Of a DNA stretch of 64,000 nt, positions 13,501-23,930 are shown piece by piece. The notes under the pieces were generated by a model that was not told where the DNA came from, ran no database searches, and worked only from the letters and a program-made list of their open reading frames with translations. Origin of the DNA: Kudoa neothunni (taxonomy: Eukaryota > Animalia > Cnidaria). The stretch is from positions 8,019,550 to 8,083,549 of the forward strand of contig OZ199838.1 in the NCBI GenBank assembly GCA_964304625.1, read 5' to 3'. Position 1 is the stretch's first letter, and every line of letters starts with the position of its first letter. Made by a program: the position numbers and the translations under genes.

Positions 13501-13874
13501 AATATAAAATTTTAAACTTTCAAAAGTTTCAAATTTCATTCCAACATGAAAATTGTCTGAATTTGAATCACTCATTGTAGTTCAACCAAACTCGTGAAAC
13601 ACGCGGAGTTATGTTTATACTGCATGGTTCAAAGCAATAATTTAGAAATGATTATTATTTATAAATAATTCAACGTTAATATTGTTTTGGTCTATTAAAT
13701 TCGCTAACATTTATGTTTCTAACCGTCTATTTTCCATAAATTTACAACCATCTCAAATTTCTTTATTTTTCATAATTTAGTAGAGAAAAATATACATAAT
13801 AGTAATGTTAAATTAGTTATTTAATAGAGATAACAATTGCAGAGAAATTGATTCCCGTGGTAATAGCCACTGCC
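10587..13874 (-). mobile_element. Mutator-like element (MULE), ~105 bp TIRs, 9 bp TSD, degraded intron-containing transposase with SWIM finger
   Basis: TIR ggcactggctattaccacgggaatcaatttctctgcaatt.. inverted at ~13770-13874. TSD taataaaat (10578-10586) / caataaaat (13875-13883). Motifs DATYK, IITDK, ICIFHV, TNNRLEAINGQLK. Confidence 0.92.
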
Positions 13875-13889
13875 CAATAAAATAGTTAC

Positions 13890-14346
13890 ATGCCGTGGAC
13901 AGATAGCACATTGGTGTGACACTCGGACTCAGAACCTTGAGGTAATGGGTTCGAATCCGCTGATGGTCAGACTACAGACTACTGCTTCCGTGTCGGTGGG
14001 TCTCTATCCCATATCTCAGAGCTGTGGTTAACGTGTACGCTCGCTGTGGAGGGGGATGAGCGTAAATAGGAGTTTGAATCTCTGAAACCCATCGGAAGGC
14101 AAAATGATTTGCAGTTCCCGCAGAGCCAACGTCCTTAAAGGGATAGGGTTTGGGGTGGTGGTTGCCCTGAGATGAGGATGTTTAGTGGGTTAAAGTCCCA
14201 CACTACCGCATAAAGATAAGCGACGGGGTTTCATGTTACATCCTGCGGTGCCTAAAGCGTTAATGGAAGAGGTCTGACCAACCAGAATTCCGCAACTTAA
14301 TAAGTTGCGCCAGGGGTTTTACCTTGTAAACAAAGAAAAAAAATAA
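13890..14346 (+). mobile_element. tRNA-derived SINE, full length
   Basis: A-box-like tagcacattgg and B-box gggttcgaatcc; A-rich tail; perfect 14 bp TSD aataaaatagttac (13876-13889, 14347-14360); GC far above flanks. Confidence 0.9.
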
Positions 14347-15215
14347 AATAAAATAGTTACTCGCTTCATCGATTGTTTTGTCCCCTCTATATTTCTTTCT
14401 GATGAAACTACCAAATTTTTACCTACGAAATAAATCAAAACGTTAAAAAACTACATATACCTCTGTGTTGCTGGTAGAATAATGCAGATTTGTCGATATT
14501 ATATATACAGTCTGAGCTATAATTTTCACATATGTCTTTTAGTTGTGGAATCCATTCTTCAACAATTGCAGAATCCACATCTGCGACTTCGTCACGGGAA
14601 TTAATTTTTCTTAGGTTAAATCGTTTTTAAAGTCCTTAAACCACCCAATTTTCACACTTTTTGGCTTATTATTTTCAACAAAAATCTCAATTCTTTCATT
14701 TATGATATCAGAGGTGATGAGTTCGATTTTTTATCCCTCCTCGAACAGATCCAATCATAAATACCTTGATCATAATCAATGTTTGATCCATTATTAATGT
14801 TTTTTCCTTTATTTGATGCCAATCCTCCTTCAACAATAGAAATTATTTTCTCTTTCTTACGAAGAATCTCATTTAGGGTGGCAATATTCAAACGTTGGAA
14901 ATGTTTTACTGTCGCTACCTTGGCGTGTATAACGGATAAAATTTCGAAATACTTTCTTATTTTGTATTTCCCATGCCATCTGTATTATTTTATTGATATC
15001 AAACAAAAATTCAATCAAAAGATGGTCGAGAAAAGTATGCAAAATTGATTATTCACGTGATATTTATTTCCTCATTTTAACTATTTGAAATTATTTATTT
15101 TTAGTTAAACGCTAAAGATCTATGCATATATTTTATTAAAATCAAATTAGATACTAAAAATTTCAATATAACAATTTTTTCAAAGGTATGCAAAATCGGT
15201 TGCCTATTGTATTAA

Positions 15216-16780
15216 TCCATTAAGGTTTGTTGGGTCCTTTTGGGCCCCAGTTTAGGTGCCGTCTATAGAGTTTAATATTGCGACTATTAACTAGTTAATT
15301 TCCATTTAAATATATACGTGGTTCTATTATTTAAAAATTATTTGTAAAGTTATTTATGAATTCTAAACATTTTAATATACATCTCTTTTCATCGGCCAGT
15401 ACAGTTGCATATAATAGAACCATAACATAGGCTATACATCAGAAAAATTTTTGAATTTTTGTTTGTTCTCTTAAAACATATTGTCATTTAACCGCCTAAG
15501 TACCTGTAATAGAAAATAATACATAAATACCAGTTAATATTCACGTTACAATAGTGGGCCAAAAAGGGAATGATAAACCCTCGAGACACGCAGATGCTAA
15601 GTGGGATTAACATGGTTGACATTACTGAGTACATTAAACTAGGTGAAGCAATCTGTGAACTTAGCGAAGATACTTTTGAAGAAGTTCCGGATATTGTAGC
15701 GTTTCCTCCAGATAATGTTGACGCCCTTACTGACTTGGAAGATAACTTATTTCCCATACAAGATAATATATTGGAAAATGATGACATCCCCGATGTTTCT
15801 GGGCGTGTCCAATTGTTTAAACTTCAAAAGCAAGAAACCAAAAGTGTTGTTAAATACAGTAATGTTAAATGGGGAAAGGTTTTACCAATCAATTCCTCCG
15901 AATCAGTTGATAAATCTACCTCGAAACCCTCGGTAGACGATGCATATAAAGGTAGATATCTTTCAAAATTAATTTTTATGATTTTTAGGTGCATTTGAAA
16001 CGTTCAAAAAATTTTTGGATAACAGCGTTCTGTTGCACATTGTAAAACAGTCGAATTTATATGCTCGACAGAAGAATAATCACTCTTTAAATCTAACTGT
16101 GTCCGAATTGAAAACCTTCATTGGAATTTTAATTCTCTTAGGTTATCATATTCTACCAAGCCAAAAAATGTATTGGGAGACGAATGAAGATTCCGGAGTT
16201 GATATTGTAAAAAAAGCTATGACATTTCAACAATAATGATTGTATCGATAAATCCGATAAGTTATTTAAGATCAGGCCTTAGTAGAAAAACTAAACCAAA
16301 ACTTCAAATCATTCGGGTTCTTTGAAAAAATTTTATCCATAGACGAACAAATGGTACCGTATTATGGAATACATTCGGCCAAGATGTTTCTAAAGGGCAA
16401 GCCTGTTCGATTCGGTTTTAAACTTTGGATAATGGCTAGCAAAGATGGTTACATTTACAGTTTTAAAATCTATTGTGGAAAACAAGAAACTAATAAAATC
16501 TATGATGGCTTAGGTGAAAGCGTGGTAATGAATTTTGTCGAGGAAATTGGTGATACCTCTGAGGTTGAAGTTTACTTTGACAATTTTTTCTCCTCGTACA
16601 AATTACTTAAAATTCTACAAGAAAACAAAGTAAATGCTACCGGTACAATTAGACTGAACCGGACAAATCGATGTCCACTTCAGCCACCAAAACAGTTTTC
16701 CAAATTGCCAAGGGGTGCTTTTGAAGTTTACAGTGATAAACAGAGTATTTTTTGTGTTCAATAAAAAACAATAGGTAAAA
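15216..16780 (+). mobile_element. piggyBac-like transposon, 3'-truncated and degraded
   Basis: ORFs 15570-15998, 16015-16236 and 16351-16764 (SIDEQMVPYYG.HSAKMFLKGKPVRFGFKLW, YFDNFFSS, ATGTIRLNR). Intron 15952-15988; TTAA at 15212-15215. Confidence 0.85.
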
Positions 16781-16809
16781 AATATGTTTAAATTATTTTT
16801 GTTGTGAGT

Positions 16810-18240
16810 CACAGTTTAAACAAATAATGTTTTTCTTTGATTATTTTCTTGGTTTTCTACTGGAGGATTACTTTCTTTGTTAAATTCGAAACCAACTATT
16901 TCCATTGTTCTTTTAACAGTAGGCTGGTCAGAAACAAACGCAGTTTTATATCTCCTTTCCTGCTAGTGCTTAATTAATGACATGGACAAATCCATGAAAA
17001 ATTGTTAACGATGATTTGACTTGTTCGTGTCATAATAATGGGGATTGCCATGAATAAAGACAACAAGCCCATTGAACGCAGCTATATCAAGTATTTGACA
17101 AAATGCAGTGAACGGATACCGCCTACATTTTCTTTTACATGTGTACGTGAAAACACATTGATCCAAAGCGTCAACACCACATTTCTGTACATTATAATCC
17201 AAGATTGCTTGTGGTTTACGACGATACTCTGAACTAATATTTGGAGTACGATGCTCCGAAGAAAGAATTATTACAGCCATTACAGCCTTGTTTTTCCATG
17301 ATACATAAGAAATTAGGGTAAATGACTTATAGAAACCAAATAAGGATGAAAATATCTTCCGAGAGTTATTTGGTTGAAATTCAGTTGGAACAAATGTTCG
17401 AGATTTGCGCACCGCACCAAGAATGGACGTTTTTCTTTCTCATAGATGTAGGGCTAGCTTCCAATAAGTGGACTAATTATCACATACGATCCAAAATTTT
17501 AACCTTATTTGGATGTTTTTTTTGGCATGTAAACAAGAAATGATACACGCCCTCGAAACGGATGTAGTTGTTCATCTACGGCCAAATTAGGCCCAGGGAT
17601 GTAACTATCCTTACAGATTTCAGAAAAATTTCAAAACAGTTTACTGATGGGGGAAAATTTATCAATTGAATTTGGGAACTTTTTACGCTTCCAATATTCA
17701 TCAAAGCGCAAGCAATTTAAGATTTTTTGAAATCTCCTTTCACTCATAATGCCACAAAATCCTGGTACTCTCGAGATTTGATTTATAGACACCAGCAAAT
17801 AACAACAATCCTTAGAAAGCTTTTAATTCGATGCAATCTAGGTGTTTCCACGAATCATTATATTTTTCAAAACCTTTACGGTTTGTGAACAATAAAATTT
17901 CTTCGAGTATCTCGTCTCTTATAAAATGCGAAAATGAGCTCGATACGGTTGTTGTGTCTAATGTCTCAATAGGTTTTCTTTCCTCTAGGTCATTATTGAT
18001 AATATTTTGGTCGACAGTTCGTTCAGGTATGGATTTTGGAAACCAGACTAAAGATCTGTCTTTTGAAATATAAGAAGTGGAACTTGTACTATTTTCATCC
18101 ATTGGGGTGCATTCGATTGTAGTGTCAATATCATTTAAGCGATTATAATTACAAAATATTAAAGTAGTGAAATGTTTGGTATCAAAAATGGTAAGGAAGA
18201 TATCACCTAAAAAATCTATACGTGAATGAAACATAACACC
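16810..18240 (-). mobile_element. piggyBac transposase pseudogene with internal deletions
   Basis: KPQAILDYNVQKCGVDALDQ..YTCKRKCRRYP; VDEQLHPFRG remnant ~17550-17580; N-terminal EILLFTN..ELKAF. Confidence 0.85.
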
Positions 18241-19397
18241 AAATTTTTCCCTAATAATTTTATAAACATAAAAATTTCATAAAATCTAAAACTAAGAAAT
18301 TAAAAACAATGTCCCGACATATACATTATGTCAGATCGAAATAATTAATATTGGACTGAAATATCATTCATCAACTGGGTTAATGATACATTCTTAAATT
18401 AATTATTCAATGTGATCTTCAAAGGTTTTTATTTTGGAATTAATACCTAAAAAATCAAATCTAAAAAAGTCGGAAAATGTAGTTTCATTTTTTCCTAACA
18501 AGCACAAAATTAATCTGCATAAAACTAGTTTATAATATAATTAAAAAAAATAATTGTACAAATTTGTCAGGAAAAATACGTATAATTTTTTATGTTTGAA
18601 TAAAACACTCAAAAAATATTTATAAACTAAAAAAAATGTTTATGGTTACAATAAAGGCTTATTCACGATATTTAATTAAATATGATTACTAAAAAAGCAT
18701 TTTTCATCATAATATACGAAAATTTCAAAATATGGGTTCTGATAGTGCATTTAAGCATTGAACTAATCAAAAAAATTATACTAAAACATTCAAAATAATT
18801 AAATAGGATTGTAAAAAAATCAACAAAATTCCGAACTAAGAACGAACATAGTGGAGATAACACGTGCTCTAAGTCTCTTTTTGTTACAATCTATAAGTTT
18901 CGAAGTGACCTTTGTGGTGGTACTATAGAGTCCATAACTTCTTGCTTTAAAAAAAATATGAAAAGAAAAATTTGATTGGTGAAGATGTTCTTTAGATGCC
19001 ACAATCTTCGTTAAAAACACTGTCAATTAGTGAGTAAAATTCCCCAATCTTGCAAGATTTGCATGCTTTTGTGTAAAATTTAATCATAGACAATTAGTTC
19101 AATTTCATTTAATATTTAATGATAAGACAAATTTTTTACCTAAATCTCGTTAGCTGAATATTGTCACCCACAAATAAACAAACAATAATAAAACCCTAAA
19201 TAATTAATAAAGTTATCAATGTTAATTAAATAATAATAGATTGTGAACCAACTTTGGATAACTTGTATATTTCCTCAAATCATAAGTGAGGTAACTGATT
19301 CAAGAAGAGTAAAATATTTAGTGTAAACATATTTTCAAATGAAGGATAAATACTAATTATATCCTTTCCTATTTTTAATCCTAAAGTTTTTTTCAAT

Positions 19398-21070
19398 ATG
19401 GCAAGCCACCAAAAAACTCGTTGATGATGTTGAAAAACCACAATGCGTTCTTTGTAATGTCGTTTATTCGAATTCCAACTTGAAGCCATCAAAGTTGCTT
19501 CAACATTTTGAGAACAAACATGGTGGTAAAACATATATAGGAAACGATATCCAGTCATTAAAAGTGAAAAGAGCGCGCTATGATTTAAAGGGAACACTTC
19601 CTAAATTGGGGTTCATTTCCCTAGATAAATCCTTGCTTCTCGCTTCATTCAAAATAACTTATGAAGTGGCAAAAGAAAAAAAACTTCACAATATTGCAGA
19701 GACGTTGATAAAACCATGCATTTTTGAGGCAGCAAAGATTGTTTTGGATGAAGAAGCAGCACAAAAACTCAAAGGAATACCACTATCCAACAATGTTATC
19801 CGCAATAAAATTGATGAGATAAGTGCTGATATTCTTGATCAAATAGTTTCGGATATCAAAGCATCTCCAATGCAAATTTCACTCCAGCTGGATGAGTCAA
19901 CAGATGTCGATAATTGTAGTCAGCTCATCACTTTCGTAAGATATGTGAAATCGACTTCATTTGAGGAAGTCTTTATTTTGCAAGGCGTTGAATACAACAA
20001 CAACTACTGTAATGGATATTTTCGAAATAGTTAGAGACTTTTTTAACGCCAACGGAATTCCAATCACAACTATTGGATCTATTTGTACCGATGGAGCACC
20101 CGTCATATTAGGAAATAAATCGGGGTTTGTTACTCATATAATATATCATGTTCCGGAAGTGATAATCACCCACTGTATTTTGCATAGCCAAGCTCTGATA
20201 TCAAAAACTTTTCCGATTGGTCTAAAATCAACAATGGATTATTGTATCAAAATAATAAATTTCATACGCGGAAGAGCTTTAAATCACAGACTTTTTAAAG
20301 CATTTTGCAATGAAATTAATGAAGAAGCTTCTGTTCTTATCTACCACACAGAAGTAAGATGGTTGTCTCGAGGACGTGTTTTAAGTCGGTTTTTTGACTT
20401 AAAACATGAAATCGTGAAATTTTTATTGGGTCAAAAATCGGATCTTGCTAATGTTTTCAAGTTCCAAAATTTCTCAATAATGTTGGCATATCTCACTGAT
20501 ATCTTTCAACCCTTGAACGAATTAAATTATTCGTTTCGAGGACAAGATATAAATATTATAAATGCTTCTGACAAGTTACGAGCATTTCGCAAAAAGCTAA
20601 CCCTATGGATTGTCAGGATAAAAAATAAAAATGTGAATTCCGAAATGTTGCCAATTGAAATAAAAGGTCATTTGGAAAAATTGAAAGATTTTTTTGACGG
20701 CTATTTTTCTACTGGCAACTTAAATGAATCTGATGGCTGGATTGTCAATCAATTCGCCTTCCACATGGAAAAAATGGAGGACGATGATGACGAAAAAGAA
20801 AATTTGATCGAATTGAAATCGTGCCAATCAATGAAACTGTTGTTTGAGTCAAGTTTACTTGAGCACTTCTGGTGTCACGTCCTAAATAGTTATCCCAGTT
20901 TAGCGAAAAAAGTGCTGGAGATTTTAATTCCATTTGCCATTACGTGGTTATGTGAATCGGGGGTTTCCTCCTTTTATACATAAAAAACAAGTATAGAAGT
21001 AGTTTAAAACCAGAAAATGACTTACAAATAGCATTATCCAACAAAATTCCTTGTTTCGATGTTTTAATTG
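19398..21070 (+). mobile_element. hAT (Buster/Charlie, ZBED5/SCAND3-like) transposase, frameshifted
   Basis: KPSKLLQHFENKH, HNIAETLIKPC, LQLDESTD, ICTDGAP, THCILH, HTEVRWLSRG, WLCESGVS. Confidence 0.9.
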
Positions 21071-21856
21071 CCAATAAAAACCAAAAAAAAGTACAAAATA
21101 TACCTAACATTTTTTAATTGTTTATTTTACAATTGTATTTTTTCGCGTTAAATGGTTAAAAAATGTATATTCGTGCTATTGTCTACAAATTTATCGCGGT
21201 TAAAGGAAATATGTGCGCGTTAATCTTATATAATCCGAATTTCAATTAATCTTAAAAATAGGGGTGTCAGACCTGGTAATCTGGGAGTATGTGACAATAA
21301 AATTTAACGTGCTTGTGCATGCTCTAGATACCCGCCTTATATACAATTTAATTTTATACGTTTTGTAAATATTGAGTGGTAAAGAAATTACGCTAAAAAT
21401 TATTAAACAAAAAAATCGATATTTTATAAATCGTGAACAATCGTTGACGTTATTATACTGATTAATACCATTCGTGCCTATTCGGCTATATTGTTAATGG
21501 TCGATTCTCGATTCGATACGAGGGAACCGCCAACAAATTCATTTATTTAACATAAAAGCTCATATATTATGATACATATAAATACAGAGCACCATGTTTG
21601 TCTCCTCTTGTTTGCATGTGTGCCCATCAATGCACGTATGGTGAAAATGTTTTCATTTATGTGTAGATTCGCATGAGAAATTTAACCCTCTGACGTAAAA
21701 TTCAATATATTAGGTTTGAATCAATAAAATATCATTTATATACACTAAAACCACGATTTTATTCAAATTTTATAAATCGGATAATTAGCTTAGGATAACC
21801 GGAATGTTTTTGTTCGATCGGGCCATAATAGAGTAGCGCCTAACTTCAAGTGCGCT

Positions 21857-21931
21857 GTGGCCCATAGTCTAAGTGGTAAGGCCCCGCCACTTTTAGCTCG
21901 AGGATCACGGTTTCGATCCTCATCCGCTACA
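21857..21931 (+). pseudogene. tRNA-like sequence (tRNA pseudogene or SINE head)
   Basis: A box tagtctaagtgg, D stem gtct/aggc, B box ggtttcgatcc, partial acceptor stem gtggc/gctac. Anticodon and T stems do not pair. Confidence 0.5.
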
Positions 21932-21969
21932 ATAGTTAGCGAAATTGAACTTTCACAATTAATATAATA

Positions 21970-23930
21970 CAGTCAGTGACCGGTTTTACGTACTTTTAAA
22001 TATCGCATTTATTTTACAAATTATATCATGAACAAGTAAATAATATATTTACTAACACATTTATTTATAAATTTAAATGAAAAAACTTTATATGCACCTA
22101 AATTTTGCAATCAAAATATCACGTGATTCACAAATTTTACGCATCTTTTCTGACCAAATTGGTTTATAGTTTTCATAAAAGTGACGTAAATGGTTAATAA
22201 AAATAAATCTAAGAATAGAACAATTGAAGAGAAATATAAAATTATTAAATATTTTCATGGAATCACCTCAAGAGGTGCGAAGGTTGCTACTATAAAACAT
22301 TTTAATATATCAACAATATCCACTCTTAATGGCATTTTAAAAAATGAAGAGAAAATTATAGAAATGTTTGAGGGGGGATTGGTTTGAAAAAATAGGAAAA
22401 ATCTAAATGATGGCACCAATATTTCCCTCGATGAATGTGTCTATAATTGGATATGCTAGGTGCGATCAAAAAAATTGAATTAACTGCCACCGACATCATT
22501 GATAAGAGAAACGAAATTGCCAGAGAAAAGAATTTACCATCAAATGCAACATACGGTTGGTTTCGATGTTTTAAATCGAGATTTAATCTCAAAAAAATAA
22601 ATTTCCATGGCGAAGCGGCTGACATTGACCCATGTACAAGTTCTGAATGGCTTTCTCAACTTAAAAACTTATGTGAAAGATATAGTGATGATTGTATCTA
22701 TAATATAGATGAAACCGCGTTGTTTTATCAACAACAACGAGGTATATTTTTCCATTTGTCATACTTGCATATTTTATATAGGTAAAAGTTATGTAAGCTC
22801 CTTAGAAAGTCATACAAAGGGAACAAGAAAGTCTAAAAAACGAATGACTGTTTTGTTGGGTGCATCGCTAAGCGGAGAAAAACTTGAACCTTTGGTTATT
22901 GGACCTAGTCGAAAGCCCAGATGCTTTAAAAATATAAATAGCCTTCCAGTTTTATATGAATCCAACAAGAAGTCTTGGATGACTAGTGAAATCTTCCTAA
23001 GATATCTAACTAAAATCAATTCTACTTTCACGAAAAAAAATAAAAATGTTCTAATTTTTTTAGATAATGCAACCTCTCACCAAAAAAAACTATTCAGTAA
23101 CATAAAGCTGATCTTTTTACCCAAAAATACCACTAGTTTATTGCAACCCCTAGATCAAGGGATTATTCACTCATTCAAATGTGCATATAAGAGGAAAATG
23201 ATCAAAAAATATATTTCATGTATTGAGGTGGGATTAGAACCAACTCCACCAACCATTTTAGATGCGATGATGTTGATTAAACAAGCGTGGGAATGTGTAA
23301 GCGTATCCACCATCATAAATTGCTTTCAAAAAGCTGGGTTTTCATCTCGACAACCGGTCCCTGTCAAAGCTAACAGCATTTTGATATCACCCGACAAAGA
23401 GTTTATTGAAATATGTGACATAACTCATCCAAATATATTACAAGAAGAAATTGAGGATATGATTGCCGACGAAGCTTCAATAGAGAATATCAATATGGTC
23501 CAAACCCTATACTCTGAAAAATTCGATGAGTCTTCAGCTTTAGGTGATAAATTTTCGAGTTTATATATATTAACTTTATGTAGAGAGTGATGATTATAGT
23601 GATGATGAAGCGAATTGTGAAAAAATTGATATTTTGGAAAGAAATCCAATATCATGTCAGAAGGCTTTGATTTATTTGAAGGAGTTAAAAATATTCTACA
23701 AATTTCATAAAGATGATCGATCGGCCATCTTAGCTTCGTTAGAAGAAGATACAATCAACATAATTTCAAGGAACCTTACTCAATCAAAAATAACTGATTA
23801 CTTCCATTTAAAAAATGATTAAACACTATACTATCCCAAATTGGCGCATTCTAATTACGTTATTTAATAAACAATTGAATATTTTCATTCTGGCGCGCGC
23901 ATAAAAGTACGTAAAACCGGTCACTGACTG
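21970..23930 (+). mobile_element. pogo-like transposon (DD29D) with perfect 29 bp TIRs and TA TSD; intron-containing, frameshifted transposase 22190-23822
   Basis: TA|cagtcagtgaccggttttacgtactttta ... taaaagtacgtaaaaccggtcactgactg|TA. Motifs YNIDETAL, KSWMT, LDNATSH, LQPLDQG; intron 22742-22781. Confidence 0.95.

Larger units (their letters stand above)
9587..15209 (-). mobile_element. Decayed pogo-like transposon hosting nested MULE and SINE insertions
   Basis: DDE_1 fragments at 9744-10577 and 14361-14975. Removing the inserts restores QSMKRVTILL/ASMSDEKLE. Degenerate CAGTA/CAATA TIRs with TA flanks. Confidence 0.8.

Noticed and set aside
13890-13970. Functional tRNA-Leu(CAG) gene
   Set aside because: Stems pair poorly, there is no long variable arm, and it is the head of a TSD-flanked, A-tailed element.
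13960-14285. Hammerhead, group I intron or permuted RNase P RNA inside the SINE (ctgatgg, tcagactac, ggaagaggtctga)
   Set aside because: Short motif resemblances only. No CUGAUGA/GAAA core with stems, no P7 partner, and RNase P CR-I/CR-V-like words are in reverse order. Kept only as a generic structured-RNA hypothesis.
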